From assembly GCA_038214015.1 (NCBI GenBank), contig JBBQSH010000001.1:1407-65406 (forward strand): a stretch of DNA of 64,000 nt, read 5' to 3'. How positions within the stretch are numbered: the stretch's first letter is position 1; each line of letters begins with the position of its first letter. Position numbers and translations under genes: made by a program. This document shows, piece after piece, positions 18,149 to 27,916 of this stretch. The notes under the pieces are model-generated. The model was given only the letters and a program-made list of their open reading frames with translations, ran no database searches and was not told the origin of the DNA. The DNA comes from Ignavibacteriales bacterium (GTDB lineage: Bacteria > Bacteroidota > Ignavibacteria > Ignavibacteriales > Ignavibacteriaceae).

Positions 18149-20995
18149 ATGAAATTATTTTTCTATCAATTACTTATTCTGAACCTAACTTTATTTAGCA
18201 CTTCTATTTTTTCTCAAAATTACAACTCCTCTAATTATAAAGCAGAAGCTCTTCAACTGATTAGTTCGGGACGGTATGGTGAAGCGATAGACGTATTAAA
18301 TAAATATGTCTCTGCAAATCCAAACTCCGCAGAGGGATTTAATTTGCGTGGTGTGTGTTACGAAAAAAGAGGTAACTATGAATATGCTGTTTACGATTTT
18401 CGAACCGCGAAAAAACTTACACCCAACGATGATGAAATCTCATCAAACCTAAACAGAACAACTTCTGATTGGTACAAAATCCTTTACAATAAAATCGAAG
18501 GACATAAAAGAGAAATTGCTATCAATTCCAACATTGCTAAAAATTATCTTGAGATAGGGAAGTGCTATAAAAATTTAGGCAACTGGAATGAGGCTGAAAT
18601 TTGGTATGATATATATTTAGAAAAAGAAACTGCTTCTTCTGATGAGATAATTCGTTACTCTGAAATATTAGCTAAGAACAACCATATTTCTAAAGGTGAA
18701 CCAATTTTAAGATCTTACACAGAACACTTCTCTGATGATCATAGATTGTGGTCAAGATACGGATACTTTACACTTTGGCTTGGTAAAAATAAAATTGCAA
18801 TCGAAGCATTTACCAAATCCTTAGAGATACGACCATACTTTAAAGAAGCGATGGATGGATTAGATTTAGCCAAAGGTAAGGGATACATTTACTCTATTAA
18901 CGATACCACCTCGCGGTTCAATTATGGAATGCAGCCAACTGCTAAGCAATATGAAATTGATAGATTATATCGTGTTATAAAAAATAATCCTTCCGATAGT
19001 GAGAGTAGATTTAAACTTGTTGATGAATTGATTACTGCAAACCGATTTGAAGAAGCGTATGAACAATTACGAATTTTATCATCGGACTTTGCTGATCTAG
19101 ACAGATTTAAAGACTTATGGTTAAAGGTAACTACGCTAAGAAAATCCTATTACGCGGATCGCATTAGATTTTATGAAGAAAAGTTGAGCAAAGATCCTGC
19201 GAACAAAGAAGCACTTTTAGAATTAGCAAAATTCTATTCTTATAATAATAATTATACGTTGGCTGCGAATCTTTACAAAAGTTATCTGTTAAAATATCCG
19301 AATGATTATGAAGTAAGATATAAATTAGCGCAAATTTTAATGTGGCAAAATAATCTTTGCGAAGCCGCTGCGGAAGCTGAATATCTGCTTAAATCATTGC
19401 CGGATAATAAAAATTATGTGTTATTGGCTGCTCAAATCAATTATTGGTTAGATAAAGATTTAGTTTACACACAATCACTTTTTGAAAAAGTATTGGTATT
19501 GGATTCCCAAAACAGTGAGGCTATGTACGGATTGGCAAATCTTTATGTCCGAAGTAACAAACTTGCTGATGCTGAAAAATTAATTAATAAAATATCTTTG
19601 TATGATAGCTCTACTACAAAATTTGTTTTACTCCAAAAAAGTCTTGAAGTCGCGAAAATTCAAAATGAGTTAGTTGAATCTAATAAGATATTAGAGGAAG
19701 CAAGAATGTATTCTTCAAATAAAGATTATGATTCAGCTATAAAATCTTTTAACGAATATCTCTTAAATGATCCAAATAATAAGTCAGTAAAACTTGAGCT
19801 GGCTAATGTTTACATTGCAAATTTCGAATTGAATAAGTCAATAAAAATTTATGATGAGTTGCTGAAATCAAACAGCGATTATGAAATAGAAAAACAACGT
19901 GCAAAAGTTTATCTATGGAATGGTGATTCGCTTTTAGCACTTAAAGAATTTAGAAAATTGAATCAAAAATATCCTGATGATGTAGAAGCTAAATTACTGC
20001 TTGGTGATGCTTATTTGCAAAATGGGCAAGTGCAAAATGCAAGAATCGTTTATGAAGATCTTCTACTTAAATCTCCGGACTCGCATATAATTAAAACACG
20101 TTTAGGGTGGCTTGGCGGAAGCGATAAGTTTTCATTTGAAAAATTTCCAACATATATACAATTAATTCCCAGAGCATCATACTTTACTGATAATACAGAT
20201 TTTGGTTATTCAAACCTTGGTTTTGGTTTTGATTTAGGTGTAACAAATTTTCTTACTTTTGGGTTATCTGCTGCACGTGGTCAACTATCATCGGCTGAAG
20301 ATGATTTGAGGTTTAATCAGATTAAAGGATCAGCGTACGTAAGATTTAACGAAATATTTTCAGGAGTTGGCAGCTTTGGACAGACATACTTTGTTAATGA
20401 TCTCCAAGAAAATATTATAGAACTGTCTTTAACTGCGCAGAAAAAAAATATTTTTAATGTTACAGCATTCTTAAATTATTCTGATGCAGCGTTTATACTT
20501 TACTCACCATTTTTAGTTAACACCAGATTGAATGCGTATTATTTTGGTCTTAATGGCGAATATAAGTTTAAAAATAATTTAGTTGTATCCGGAAAATATT
20601 CATACATAGATGTCTCAGATGATAACTCAGGAAATCAATTTGTGGCAAGATTAGGAAAAGTTTTTGAATCCGATATAACTGCCGGTTACGAATATTATTT
20701 CTATTCTTTTAAAACAGAAACTCAGCTTTATTGGAGTCCGAAGAATTTTGAATCACATTCTATCTGGGCAGATTGGATCCTTTATAAGGATAACACATTT
20801 GATTTTACTATTGGCGGCAAAATTGGACTAATCCTACAAAATGATTTTATACTCTCCGAATTTTATGCTTCAATTAACTATCAAATTGTAAAAAACCTTC
20901 TTTTTCAAACTAGATTTACCACAGGAAGTTCGTTTAGATCCAATACTGGTTATAGATCAAATTCTATCCAGGCAAGTTTAATCTGGGGATTGTAA
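18149..20995 (+). CDS. outer-membrane exopolysaccharide export protein candidate: signal peptide, long TPR array, C-terminal beta-barrel (PgaA/BcsC/PelB-like architecture)
   Basis: Signal peptide MKLFFYQLLILNLTLFSTSIFSQ, about 650 aa of TPR-like repeats, and a final ~290 aa (from about nt 20130) with an alternating hydrophobic/aromatic beta-strand pattern. Confidence 0.7.
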   Translation: MKLFFYQLLILNLTLFSTSIFSQNYNSSNYKAEALQLISSGRYGEAIDVLNKYVSANPNSAEGFNLRGVCYEKRGNYEYAVYDFRTAKKLTPNDDEISSNLNRTTSDWYKILYNKIEGHKREIAINSNIAKNYLEIGKCYKNLGNWNEAEIWYDIYLEKETASSDEIIRYSEILAKNNHISKGEPILRSYTEHFSDDHRLWSRYGYFTLWLGKNKIAIEAFTKSLEIRPYFKEAMDGLDLAKGKGYIYSINDTTSRFNYGMQPTAKQYEIDRLYRVIKNNPSDSESRFKLVDELITANRFEEAYEQLRILSSDFADLDRFKDLWLKVTTLRKSYYADRIRFYEEKLSKDPANKEALLELAKFYSYNNNYTLAANLYKSYLLKYPNDYEVRYKLAQILMWQNNLCEAAAEAEYLLKSLPDNKNYVLLAAQINYWLDKDLVYTQSLFEKVLVLDSQNSEAMYGLANLYVRSNKLADAEKLINKISLYDSSTTKFVLLQKSLEVAKIQNELVESNKILEEARMYSSNKDYDSAIKSFNEYLLNDPNNKSVKLELANVYIANFELNKSIKIYDELLKSNSDYEIEKQRAKVYLWNGDSLLALKEFRKLNQKYPDDVEAKLLLGDAYLQNGQVQNARIVYEDLLLKSPDSHIIKTRLGWLGGSDKFSFEKFPTYIQLIPRASYFTDNTDFGYSNLGFGFDLGVTNFLTFGLSAARGQLSSAEDDLRFNQIKGSAYVRFNEIFSGVGSFGQTYFVNDLQENIIELSLTAQKKNIFNVTAFLNYSDAAFILYSPFLVNTRLNAYYFGLNGEYKFKNNLVVSGKYSYIDVSDDNSGNQFVARLGKVFESDITAGYEYYFYSFKTETQLYWSPKNFESHSIWADWILYKDNTFDFTIGGKIGLILQNDFILSEFYASINYQIVKNLLFQTRFTTGSSFRSNTGYRSNSIQASLIWGL

Positions 20996-21178
20996 ACTTT
21001 TACTTATACAATTTTTTAGCAAAATCTTAATTTTCGCTCTTGTTTGATAATGATACACAATAAATTTAAATCCAATATTGGTATTATTATTTTGTAAATT
21101 CATTCGAAATAAATGTTAAATAAAATGAAGATAATGGCATTATTATTGAAAAATTTGAACAAATCATCATCCGAATAA

Positions 21179-22603
21179 ATGAAAATAAATCAGCTTGTCG
21201 ATCGTGCTAAAATAACTATTTCGAACAGGGAAGATGAGAAAAAAGGAGAGAATCTCGGGCAAAAATATTTACGAAGAATACTCGTAAGCGGTATTGTTTC
21301 TCTTTTACTGATCTTAGTAATAGTATATACTTTACCTTACACCATTTTATCATTCAGTTCACTATTTGAGTATTCAACAATTATTGCTCTTGTTATTTTT
21401 CTTTTCATCCTTCTTGTAAGATACTTTGCCATATTAATTATGGCATATTTATACCTGAATGAATACACATTTTCTGATACGAATGGTTATGCTCCATTTG
21501 TTTCTATAATAGTTCCCGTTTTTAACGAAGGTAAAATAATTAGAAAATCAATTCTATCTCTGCTTAATCTTGATTATCAGAATTACGAAATAGTTGTTGT
21601 TAATGATGGTTCAACCGATGATACAAAACAAGTTGCTGAATCTATGGTTGGTTTTCAGGATGGTAAGTACGGAAAGATTAAAATTTCATTAATCAATCAG
21701 CCAAATTTGGGAAAAGCACGAGCACTAAATGCCGGCATATATTTTTCAAAAGCTGATTTTCTTCTTTGCATGGATGGAGACTCTCAGCTTGCCCCGGAAT
21801 CTATAAAAGTTGCAGTACGACATTTTATACATCCTAAAATTGGTGCGGTTGCTGGCAATGTAAAAGTTCTTAACAGAAAAAGATTTTTTACAGATCTTCA
21901 GGCATTGGAATATATTGAAGGCTTAAATATGGCTCGCAGTGCACAGAGTTATATTAGACTGGTAAATATTATTCCCGGTCCAATTGGAATCTTTAGAAGA
22001 AAAGCGATAGAACAAGCAGGTTATTATTCAAGTGATACTTATGCTGAAGATGCTGATTTAACATTAAAGATTTTATCAAAAGGCTGGAAGATTTATTACG
22101 AGCCAAAATCTATTTCTTATACTGAAGCTCCTGTAACATTACAGCAGCTTCTAAAGCAAAGATACAGATGGACGAGAGGGATTCTTCAGTCATTACGAAA
22201 ACATAAAAAATTAATGTTTAACCCTACAGTTAATTTAGGGCACACATTTATATTATGGGTAATGTCTTATGAAGCTCTTATTTGGCCGACAATGAATATA
22301 GCAGCAAATGCATTTTTTATTTTTGCAGCATTATTTTTTGGATTTTCACACTTGATCTTTTTCTGGTGGGCAGGATTAGCAATTTTAGATCTTGTTACTG
22401 CGCTTTATTGTGTTGCGGTAGAAAAAGAAGAATTTAGGCTAATCTGGTATGCAATTATTTACAGAATGTTTTTTATTTTAATTATAGATATTTGTAAAAC
22501 CATGTCAACTATCGAGGAATTTCTTGGAATCAGAATGACGTGGGGAAAATTAGAGCGAAGTAGTTCACCTAAATCAGATACAATTGCAGTTAATACTAAT
22601 TAG
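21179..22603 (+). CDS. processive family-2 glycosyltransferase (PgaC/IcaA/NodC-like polysaccharide synthase)
   Basis: N-terminal TM pair, VVNDGSTD, CMDGDS (DXD), AEDADLT, and QRYRW (Q-x-x-R-W, nt 22157-22171). C-terminal TM bundle and no PilZ domain. Confidence 0.85.
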   Translation: MKINQLVDRAKITISNREDEKKGENLGQKYLRRILVSGIVSLLLILVIVYTLPYTILSFSSLFEYSTIIALVIFLFILLVRYFAILIMAYLYLNEYTFSDTNGYAPFVSIIVPVFNEGKIIRKSILSLLNLDYQNYEIVVVNDGSTDDTKQVAESMVGFQDGKYGKIKISLINQPNLGKARALNAGIYFSKADFLLCMDGDSQLAPESIKVAVRHFIHPKIGAVAGNVKVLNRKRFFTDLQALEYIEGLNMARSAQSYIRLVNIIPGPIGIFRRKAIEQAGYYSSDTYAEDADLTLKILSKGWKIYYEPKSISYTEAPVTLQQLLKQRYRWTRGILQSLRKHKKLMFNPTVNLGHTFILWVMSYEALIWPTMNIAANAFFIFAALFFGFSHLIFFWWAGLAILDLVTALYCVAVEKEEFRLIWYAIIYRMFFILIIDICKTMSTIEEFLGIRMTWGKLERSSSPKSDTIAVNTN

Positions 22604-22611
22604 GAAATTAA

Positions 22612-23064
22612 ATGGAACTTATCCCGATACTATCTACTATTATTCTTGTTGCCACAATATGTACCTTCATATTGGCAATCGGGGCATATATTCTTTATAA
22701 AGTTCGAGAGGGAAAACCACAGCATAGTTATCAGACTAAACCCGCAACTGTGCAAGGTGAACTTGTTGTTCCATCAGAAGCAATCTATACTAAGGATTCT
22801 ACTCGAGTTGAACGCACAAATATTAAAAATGTTGAACCTGGAGTTACAAGAGAAGAATACACAAAGCAGCACCAGCCATCACAATCAAAACATACGCCTG
22901 AACCTCGTGGATATAAAATTGAAGAAGAAAAAGTTGAGAAACGAAAAGTTCGGGTTAGACCGCAAGAAAGATTTAGTGATGAAAATAAATTCCTGAAATA
23001 CACTTCTGAAGGTTACATACCTACGCAGGAAGATAGAAATTCAGGGGAAGTGAAGTGGCGGTAA
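22612..23064 (+). CDS. small single-pass membrane protein with a highly charged tail (occupies the PgaD/IcaD position)
   Basis: N-terminal TM helix IPILSTIILVATICTFILAIGAYILY followed by a K/E/R/Q-rich region. It starts 8 nt after the GT2 stop and overlaps the next gene by 10 nt. Confidence 0.5.
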   Translation: MELIPILSTIILVATICTFILAIGAYILYKVREGKPQHSYQTKPATVQGELVVPSEAIYTKDSTRVERTNIKNVEPGVTREEYTKQHQPSQSKHTPEPRGYKIEEEKVEKRKVRVRPQERFSDENKFLKYTSEGYIPTQEDRNSGEVKWR

Positions 23065-24953
23065 ATAATTTTTTTGGTATAAGGATAAATCAATTTTTTA
23101 TCTTTGTTTCGGGTTTCGTTATACTCATTTCAGCGATTCTTGTCTATTATTTTATTCTTCGTGGAATCTACGGTCGATTCGACACTTCAGAAGTTCTTCC
23201 TAACTCAAATATTATAGAAGATTTTTTATTTGGTAAGGAACCGGAAGTTGCAATTCTTTATTCCAAATACACAGAAAATACTTTACCAGTCGGCAGTACA
23301 TGGCTTAATGATAATTTATCTACGTGGAAAATATTTCTTGATAATCTAAATCTTAAATATGAAATAATTTCAGATCAGAAAATAGAAAACGGAGATCATC
23401 AAAAGTATAAACTGATAGTATTACCGGGAACAAAATCTTTAAGTGAAAAAGAAGCCTTGCAGATAAAAAAATATTTAGAAAATGGCGGAAGTGTTTTTGC
23501 TACAGGAGGAATCGGATCATATTCCAACGATGGTAAATGGCGTGGATGGGAATTCCTTAATCAGGTTTTTGGAGTGCAATTTTCTCACGAACTAAAACCA
23601 AATGAGTTTTCTAAAATACATACAGTGTGCGGAAGCCTGCCAATTACTGCAAATATTCCAACCGGATTTCCTCTAAAAGTTGCAACATGGGACAGACCAA
23701 TGGCAGTTGAAGTTTTGGATCCGAGAACCACTCAAGTAAGTTTTTGGTACAACTATAGAATGGATGATGGACTTGTTCGTGAAGAGATTAAAAAATCTGC
23801 AGGCATAGCTTATGGAAATTTTGGCAAAGGAAGATTTATGTGGATGGGATTTGAGTTGAATTCCATAATCGGTGTGCAGGAGGATTACATTTATTTTGAA
23901 AGACTTTTTAATAACTCAATAAAATGGTTAATGTATTTTCCGATTGCGTATGTAAGAGATTGGCCTACGGGATACGAAGCCGCTGCAGTTGTTGCTCCTG
24001 TTCTTACAAACGATGTTGATAACATCAATAATATTTTGCCGATCATAAAAAATGAAGGAATATCTGCCACTTTTTTTGTTGATCCGGCAACAGCGGAAAA
24101 TAACAGAGAACTTGTTAGAAAAATTTCTTCCTATGGAGAGATAGCCGCGTTGGTTGATATTGGTTATTTAGCCTCTGTGAATGATAGGTTCAATAAGCTT
24201 AATTCATATGCAGAACAATCTAAAAAACTAAGTGCAGCAAAAGAAACCTTAGAAAAAATTTCCTCAAGTAGTGTCTCAGGTTTTTTACCATACTACGGTT
24301 TGTTTGATCAGAATACTTTGAATGCAGTAATTAATTCAAACTACAAATATGTTCTTACAGATTCTCTTACTGATCGATCAGTTCCTAAAACAATTATTCG
24401 TGGTGATAAGAGAATTGTTACGATGACAAAAACTGCGCGTGATGATTATGAAATTATAAGAGATTTTGGATTAACTCTTCCGGAATTTCAATTTTATACT
24501 TATCAGGAGGATTTAGATCGGGTTCTTTTTGAAGGTGGTATGTATATCTTAAAACTTCATACAGAATATCAATGCAGAAGTGATTATGCAAGTGTGTTGA
24601 AAGATGTAATCAAAGATCTTAAAAAGAAAAAATTCTGGATTGCAACTGCAAATGAAATTCAAAAGTGGTATGAAAAAAGAGATTATATTGAGATCAAGGC
24701 TGATAGAAGAGGTAAAACTCGTGTAGCATTAAAAGTCTCAAATCCGGGTATTGAGGCTATAAATAATCTGGTTATTGATCTTGATCTAAATGACTTTGCA
24801 CAAAACATTACAATCGGTTCAGAAATTATTGGAACTAAAACTGCAAGCGTAAAACATTCAGCTGGCTCACAAATGGTTTATTTATTTATTGATGATTTAA
24901 AACCAGGCGAATCAAGGCAATATTATATTGATTATGACAAGGTCGCTTTTTAA
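23055..24953 (+). CDS. membrane-anchored protein with a GATase1-like N-domain and a diverged NodB/polysaccharide-deacetylase-like C-domain
   Basis: N-terminal TM helix. KLIVLPGTKSLSEKEALQIKKYLENGGSVFATGG resembles a class-I amidotransferase-like (ThuA/beta-galactosidase trimerisation) fold. The C-domain has LTNDVDN, ATFFVDP and FLPYYG at NodB motif positions but lacks the metal-binding His pair. GTG start. Confidence 0.5.
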   Translation: MAVNNFFGIRINQFFIFVSGFVILISAILVYYFILRGIYGRFDTSEVLPNSNIIEDFLFGKEPEVAILYSKYTENTLPVGSTWLNDNLSTWKIFLDNLNLKYEIISDQKIENGDHQKYKLIVLPGTKSLSEKEALQIKKYLENGGSVFATGGIGSYSNDGKWRGWEFLNQVFGVQFSHELKPNEFSKIHTVCGSLPITANIPTGFPLKVATWDRPMAVEVLDPRTTQVSFWYNYRMDDGLVREEIKKSAGIAYGNFGKGRFMWMGFELNSIIGVQEDYIYFERLFNNSIKWLMYFPIAYVRDWPTGYEAAAVVAPVLTNDVDNINNILPIIKNEGISATFFVDPATAENNRELVRKISSYGEIAALVDIGYLASVNDRFNKLNSYAEQSKKLSAAKETLEKISSSSVSGFLPYYGLFDQNTLNAVINSNYKYVLTDSLTDRSVPKTIIRGDKRIVTMTKTARDDYEIIRDFGLTLPEFQFYTYQEDLDRVLFEGGMYILKLHTEYQCRSDYASVLKDVIKDLKKKKFWIATANEIQKWYEKRDYIEIKADRRGKTRVALKVSNPGIEAINNLVIDLDLNDFAQNITIGSEIIGTKTASVKHSAGSQMVYLFIDDLKPGESRQYYIDYDKVAF

Positions 24954-24974
24954 TCTAAAAAACATCTTAAAAAA

Positions 24975-26597
24975 TTGTTCAAACATTCTAACATATTTTC
25001 ATTTCTAATTATCGTTTGTGGAATTTTAATTTCACATAGTACGATTATAGCTCAACCTAAAATTGCAATTCTATATTCTGAATTGACTGAAAAAATTAAT
25101 AATTCAAATTCTGTTAAAGTTATCGATGCAATCACTGCTTGGGAATTGTTTTTAATGCAGGATAAAATTCCTTACACTGTTATTTATGATGAGGATCTTG
25201 AATCCGGAATAGACGATGAGTTTGATATTCTGATATTACCTTCTGTAAATTTTATTTCAAATGAACAGATGGAAGAATTGCAAAAATTTTTAGCATCCGG
25301 CAAATCAATCATTAGTTCGGGTTCAAAGTTATTATTTCAAGAGAATATTTTGAATGAGTATCAAAATCTTGAAACACTTTTTGGTTTAAGTAATTTAAAA
25401 ACTATGGATTCAGATAATTTAAGTTTCAGCCATTCACTAACACCAAATCATCTAAATCAATTTAGTATGTATGATGATTTGATATTACAAATCACTAATA
25501 AGAATCAAGTTTTATTATGCGAAGAAGTTAATATCAATCAGTCTGCTTGCGGATATATTTTATACGATACTGATTTTAATTCAAGGAAATCATCGATCTT
25601 ATTTGGAACAGTTGGAAGCAGCAGATTTTTATGGACTGGTTTTGATCTGGGTGATGTTATCGGCGGTAATTCAGATTTAAATGCCTTTAAACAGTTAATC
25701 TCAAATGCGATAACATGGATGGATAATCAACCGGATGTTTATATTGCAAATTTTAATGAGAGTCTGTCTTCACCTGTTATCGTTACTCTTCAATACAATA
25801 ACGCTCTGGAATTAGAACTGATTGATGTTTTGCAGAAAAATAATATTAGACCAAATCTAATTATTACACCTGATCAAAAAGTTTCAAAAGAAATGCTGGA
25901 CAAATTTAGCACCGATGAAATAATTCTTGAATTATCGGAAAGTAATTTTCCCAGCAGCTACTCTGCAAATGAGTTAATTGACAACTTCAATCGTGATAAT
26001 GAAATAAGTATATCTTTAATTCTTGTTGAGAAGAAATTTTTAGAAAATGGTGATTTAAGTTTCATTAGCGATGCAGGCATCAATAAAATTCTTTATAAAG
26101 AACAGGCACCTGGTCTTCCTAAAATTTTACATAAGGAGTTGTTGGTAATTCCATACGCAATATCAGAAAATATCCCAAGTTCCAACAATATGGTTAACTT
26201 TTTGAATTATAACCCCAAAATCAATTGTGATATTAATACTGAAGATGAATTACTTGGGAAGATAAATCACATAAAATCGCAACAGTACAATTTCACTACT
26301 CTAAATGAATTAGGTAAATGGTGGAACTTAAGAGAGCGAATTACTTGTGAAATTAAATATCCTTCTGAAAACGAAATTGAGATTTGGTTAACAAATAAAA
26401 ATTCAATTCTTCTTAACGATCTTAATGTTTTTTTTAACTCTGTTAAAAAAATTGATAGAAAATCTTTAACAATCTCTTTGAATAACTCATTGTTAGAATA
26501 CTACTTCGACAATGCTTCTGGTGCAATTGTTATAAAATTAGAAAATATTATTTCTAACTCGTTAAACAAGATCAAAATTAATTTTACTTTGATATAG
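24975..26597 (+). CDS. secreted paralogue of the preceding protein (same N-domain, more degenerate C-domain)
   Basis: Signal peptide. PKIAILYSE...FDILILPSVNFISNEQMEELQKFLASGKSIISSGS...RFLWTGFDLG parallels EVAILYSK...YKLIVLPGTKSLSEKEALQIKKYLENGGSVFATGG...RFMWMGFELN in the upstream gene. Confidence 0.45.
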   Translation: MFKHSNIFSFLIIVCGILISHSTIIAQPKIAILYSELTEKINNSNSVKVIDAITAWELFLMQDKIPYTVIYDEDLESGIDDEFDILILPSVNFISNEQMEELQKFLASGKSIISSGSKLLFQENILNEYQNLETLFGLSNLKTMDSDNLSFSHSLTPNHLNQFSMYDDLILQITNKNQVLLCEEVNINQSACGYILYDTDFNSRKSSILFGTVGSSRFLWTGFDLGDVIGGNSDLNAFKQLISNAITWMDNQPDVYIANFNESLSSPVIVTLQYNNALELELIDVLQKNNIRPNLIITPDQKVSKEMLDKFSTDEIILELSESNFPSSYSANELIDNFNRDNEISISLILVEKKFLENGDLSFISDAGINKILYKEQAPGLPKILHKELLVIPYAISENIPSSNNMVNFLNYNPKINCDINTEDELLGKINHIKSQQYNFTTLNELGKWWNLRERITCEIKYPSENEIEIWLTNKNSILLNDLNVFFNSVKKIDRKSLTISLNNSLLEYYFDNASGAIVIKLENIISNSLNKIKINFTLI

Positions 26598-26629
26598 AAT
26601 GATTATTTGCAATCAGGATCAGATAAAAA

Positions 26630-27898
26630 ATGAATATATGGTTAAATAAAAGAAGAAAAATATTTGTACTTCTAATAACATTGCTTCTTCTCTTTTCACA
26701 ATCTTGCGCCGATCTTTCTTCTGATCCAAATCAAATTACCAATTCATCCAATTCCAAAATTCAAATAACTTCACCATCGAACAACGGAACTTTGATGGAA
26801 GGTTATAATGAAATTATTTATTCTTTAGCACAGCCAAATACCATCAAATTTATTGAGTTATATATCAATGGCACATTTGTTATAAATATTCCTCCAAACA
26901 GTAACGGTACAGCACCATCAATCAGCATCCAACTTGATTCCACTTACATCGGACAAAAATTAAATTTATATTTAATTTATTACGATACAGACGGCACATC
27001 GCAAAAAAGTAATACAGTAACCGAAGTGCTGGTAACAAATGATAACAGAGTTCCATTTAAACCTTATAATTTAGCTTTATTAAAATTCAATGATGGATCG
27101 GTCAATATTAGCTGGAAAGATTCTTCACGATATATTGAAAAGTATGAACTTTGGCGCAAAGTAAATCTTGATGGTGAATATTTATTGCATGAAGAGCTTT
27201 CTGGTAAAGCATATAATACCAATGATGATGTTCTCGATACGAGTAAAATATATTTTTATAAAGTTCGGGGATACAAGAGTTCGGGATTTTCAGATTTTAG
27301 TGATGAAATAAACACAGCCGGAATAATTTCATCAGTAAATCTTTTACCTCCGACGAATCTTTCTGCGAGTGTAAATGGAATATCTAACGTTCGTTTAAAT
27401 TGGATAGACAATAGCGATAATGAAAACTATTTTGCTGTTCAAAGAAGTTCTGCAGGTGGAATCTTTAATCGAATTGCAGCAATTCCAAAAAACTCTGCGA
27501 CCTATCTGGATTCAGGGAATGGAATAGTAGTCGGTTCCACATACCTGTACAGAATAGTTGCATACAGCAATGAGGATTCAGCTATAAGTAATACAATTAG
27601 CATTAAGATTACTTCCGACATTTTATTACCGCCGACAAATCTTACTGCTACATATAATAGTTCAGTTAGAGTTATTCAATTAAATTGGAATAGTTCAGAC
27701 AATAATATTTTGTATTTTGATATCGAAAGAAAAACTGAATTAATCGACTTTACCCTTTTACGCAGAATTGACTCGAATAATAATCTTTATCTGGATTTTA
27801 GTGTTGAAACAAATAAAGTTTACACATACAGAGTAAGAGGATATGATTTGAATCGATTTTCTGAGTACTCAAATGAAGTTACAATCTCTACATTTTAA
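26630..27898 (+). CDS. lipoprotein with three fibronectin type III-like repeats
   Basis: Signal peptide ending LLFSQSC. Three repeats follow the pattern PPTNL(S/T)A...W.D.S.NE.YF..(Q/E)R...Y.YR(V/I).(A/G)Y. Confidence 0.65.
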   Translation: MNIWLNKRRKIFVLLITLLLLFSQSCADLSSDPNQITNSSNSKIQITSPSNNGTLMEGYNEIIYSLAQPNTIKFIELYINGTFVINIPPNSNGTAPSISIQLDSTYIGQKLNLYLIYYDTDGTSQKSNTVTEVLVTNDNRVPFKPYNLALLKFNDGSVNISWKDSSRYIEKYELWRKVNLDGEYLLHEELSGKAYNTNDDVLDTSKIYFYKVRGYKSSGFSDFSDEINTAGIISSVNLLPPTNLSASVNGISNVRLNWIDNSDNENYFAVQRSSAGGIFNRIAAIPKNSATYLDSGNGIVVGSTYLYRIVAYSNEDSAISNTISIKITSDILLPPTNLTATYNSSVRVIQLNWNSSDNNILYFDIERKTELIDFTLLRRIDSNNNLYLDFSVETNKVYTYRVRGYDLNRFSEYSNEVTISTF

Positions 27899-27916
27899 TT
27901 AAGTGGTTTTAATAAA

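Noticed and set aside
22646-23003. Alternative-frame ORFs (116 aa plus strand, 72 aa minus strand) inside the small charged-protein gene
   Set aside because: The annotated frame has a clear N-terminal TM helix and tight coupling to both neighbours. The alternatives have no start context or motifs.
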